NCBI RefSeq assembly: GCF_009914755.1 | Contig: NC_060933.1 | Reading direction: 5' to 3' (one strand) | Origin: the human T2T-CHM13v2.0 reference genome, Homo sapiens | DNA length: 64,000 nucleotides | Shown: positions 62,045 to 64,000 of the stretch, piece by piece | Layout of the letters: each line of letters starts with the position of its first letter | How positions within the stretch are numbered: position 1 is the stretch's first letter | Translations under genes and position numbers: made by a program | The notes under the pieces: generated by a model | Database searches by the model: none | Told to the model about the DNA's origin: nothing | The model's input: the letters and a program-made list of their open reading frames with translations, nothing else

Positions 62045-62370
62045 AATGAGAGAGATGAATAGGCAAAGTAGAGAGGATTTTTAGGTCAGCAAAACTATTT
62101 TATATGATACTATAATGATGGAAACATGTCAGTGTACATTTGTCAAAATTTGTAGAATGTTCAACACCAAGAGTGAACCCTAATATAAACTATGGACTTT
62201 CAGTGATAATGGCAGTGTAGGTTCATCACTTGTAACAATTTTGCCATTCTGGTGTGGGATATTGATAGTGGGAGAGGCCAGTCTTGTGTAGGGGCAGGAG
62301 GTACAGAAGAACTCTGTTCTTTCTTCTCAATTTTGCTGTGAGCCTAAAATTTCTCTAAAAAATAGTCTAT
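62045..62370 (+). mobile_element. L1MC 3' UTR fragment
   Basis: gatgaataggc...gaggatttttagg...caacaccaagagtgaaccctaatataaactatggacttt. Confidence 0.8.
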
Positions 62371-63261
62371 ATTTTTTTATTGTAACGAATGTGGAGAAAA
62401 CATTTGCATTGCAATGTCAAACACGGCTCCATAATTCAAACTACCTACTCAAGCCAAACAATGAATTTCTTAGTGAAGTTGACTTCTGAGTTAAAATAAC
62501 ATTTAATTTCTTAATTGTCACAATTTGGACATATTACTGCTTTTTAAATGAAATGGCTATTAATTTTTAATTAAAAGTTAATTATAAATTAGAAAATGTA
62601 TATAAATGAAATGATATTCAATGTGTTACATTTAAAATTTTCTGGGTAGTGATTTATGTGCATTTTGGGGGGAGAAAGCAAATTTTTATCGGCTTCCTGA
62701 AGAAGACTGAGACCTCAAAATAGGAAAAGCTATAAACTAAAATACTCAAAAAATGTAAGGGAGTAAAATGATAACTTTTCATTTATTTTGAAATATAGCA
62801 GGTTTGAGAATTGAGTGAGGAAGAAATCAGAGGATGGTTGTGAAAGTAGAGGATATCAGGAAGACTGTGTAAGAGGTCCCCACCAGAAAATGATAGGAAA
62901 GAAAGCCATTTTGATACGAAGGAAAATACAAGGTAAAGAAATCAGCAACTGCCAAAATCTTTGAGATGCAAGTATGCCCAGTGTGTTCAAGGAACAGCAA
63001 GTGGATCAAGGTGGGTGGTGTGGAGTATGGACAAAAGCAATAGATGGTGTTGGAAAAACTAGCGGACTGGCGGTGGGAATGTGTGTCATCTTTAAGGATT
63101 ATCTGAACAGAATGGCAAGCCATTGTCAAGTCTAACAAACTTTTGAGTATGAACTATGTGCTAGGAGTAGTTAACTTAGAATAAAAATATGTTTTCATGA
63201 ATGTGCACTGTCCTAAGATTTGTGGTGAGAGACACATTATTTATGAACACAATAATCTCTG

Positions 63262-63625
63262 TGATATGGTTGGCTGTTTCCCCACCCAAATCTCATCTTG
63301 AATTGTAGTTCCCATAATCCCCACATGTGGTGGGAGGAACCCAGTGGGAGACAACTGAATCATGGGTGGGTTTCCCCCATGCTATTCTTGTGATGGTAAG
63401 TTTTCACGAGATCTGATGATTTTATAAGGGGCCTCCCCCTTTGCTTGGCTCTTCTCCTTCCTGCCACCATATAAAGGGCATGTTTGCTTCCCTTTCAGCC
63501 ACGATTGTAAGTTTCCTGAGGCCTCCCGAGCCACGCTGAACTGTGAGTAAATTAAACCTCTTTTCTTTATAAATTACCCAGTCTCGTTTATGTCTTTATT
63601 AGCAGCGTGAAAACGGACTAATATA
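63262..63625 (+). mobile_element. THE1B/C MaLR solo LTR
   Basis: tgatatggttggctgtttccccacccaaatctcatcttgaattgtag...ggactaatata, with TSD ctctg/ccctg. Confidence 0.92.
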
Positions 63626-63857
63626 CCCTGCTTTCAGGCTCTTTAAATGTGTTTGTTTCAAGAATAACACATATGCAAAATAGAACAAAAATTTATTTCG
63701 AAACTACATCATAAAAATATGCAATGCAAGTTGGAAGAAATGAAATAGTATAGAATAAGAAGACATATAGTATTTTATAAAGAAGGAGTCATTGATAATG
63801 GCTTTAGATAATGGACAAAAATTAGATAAGAGTTTCTAGTTTTACAGTAGTTTCTAT

Positions 63858-64000
63858 TTTTCCTTCCTTCTTTCCCTCCTTGCTTCCTGCCTGCCTTCCT
63901 TCCTTCCTTCTTCCTTCCTTTCCTTCTTTATTTCTTTTTTTCTCTCTTTTTCTTTCTCTTTCTCTTTCATTTCCTTCCTTCCTTTTTTTTCTTTTTTTTT
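63858..64000. repeat. Polypyrimidine (CCTT/TTTC)n tract, possibly the tail of a minus-strand retroelement beyond the window
   Basis: Seen directly; ends in poly-T at the window edge. Confidence 0.85.

Overview
Mammalian, almost certainly primate (human-like) non-coding DNA: very AT-rich, CpG-depleted and dominated by retrotransposons. I found no host protein-coding exon, CpG island, intact RNA gene or prokaryotic system. The long ORFs in the track are L1 ORF1/ORF2/ORF0 remnants, Alu read-throughs or microsatellite artefacts. Main contents: an old L1 including its 5' end (1-5305, minus); a full-length but dead L1PA4-6-like element with TSD (39270-45363, minus); an L1MB-like copy with nested THE1 LTR and tRNA insertions; eight Alus and one FLAM; three MaLR LTRs and an ERVK-type solo LTR with a perfect 6-bp TSD; CR1/L3, L2, MIR, MER104, MER3 and Charlie relics; and several micro/minisatellites. 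Best second-look items: (1) a 36-nt 5'-half tRNA-Thr(AGT) 'tailless' retrocopy with TSD and a possible pre-tRNA leader; (2) an open 85-codon antisense ORF0 with splice donors in the full-length L1, whose YY1 site is mutated; (3) up to four independent 5'-inverted (twin-primed) L1 insertions of different ages; (4) a palindromic 36-bp minisatellite; (5) a homeobox-motif-rich unique segment near 50.7 kb. Repeat subfamily names come from recalled consensus sequences and need RepeatMasker/Dfam confirmation. I do not see convincing evidence of a new biological system.
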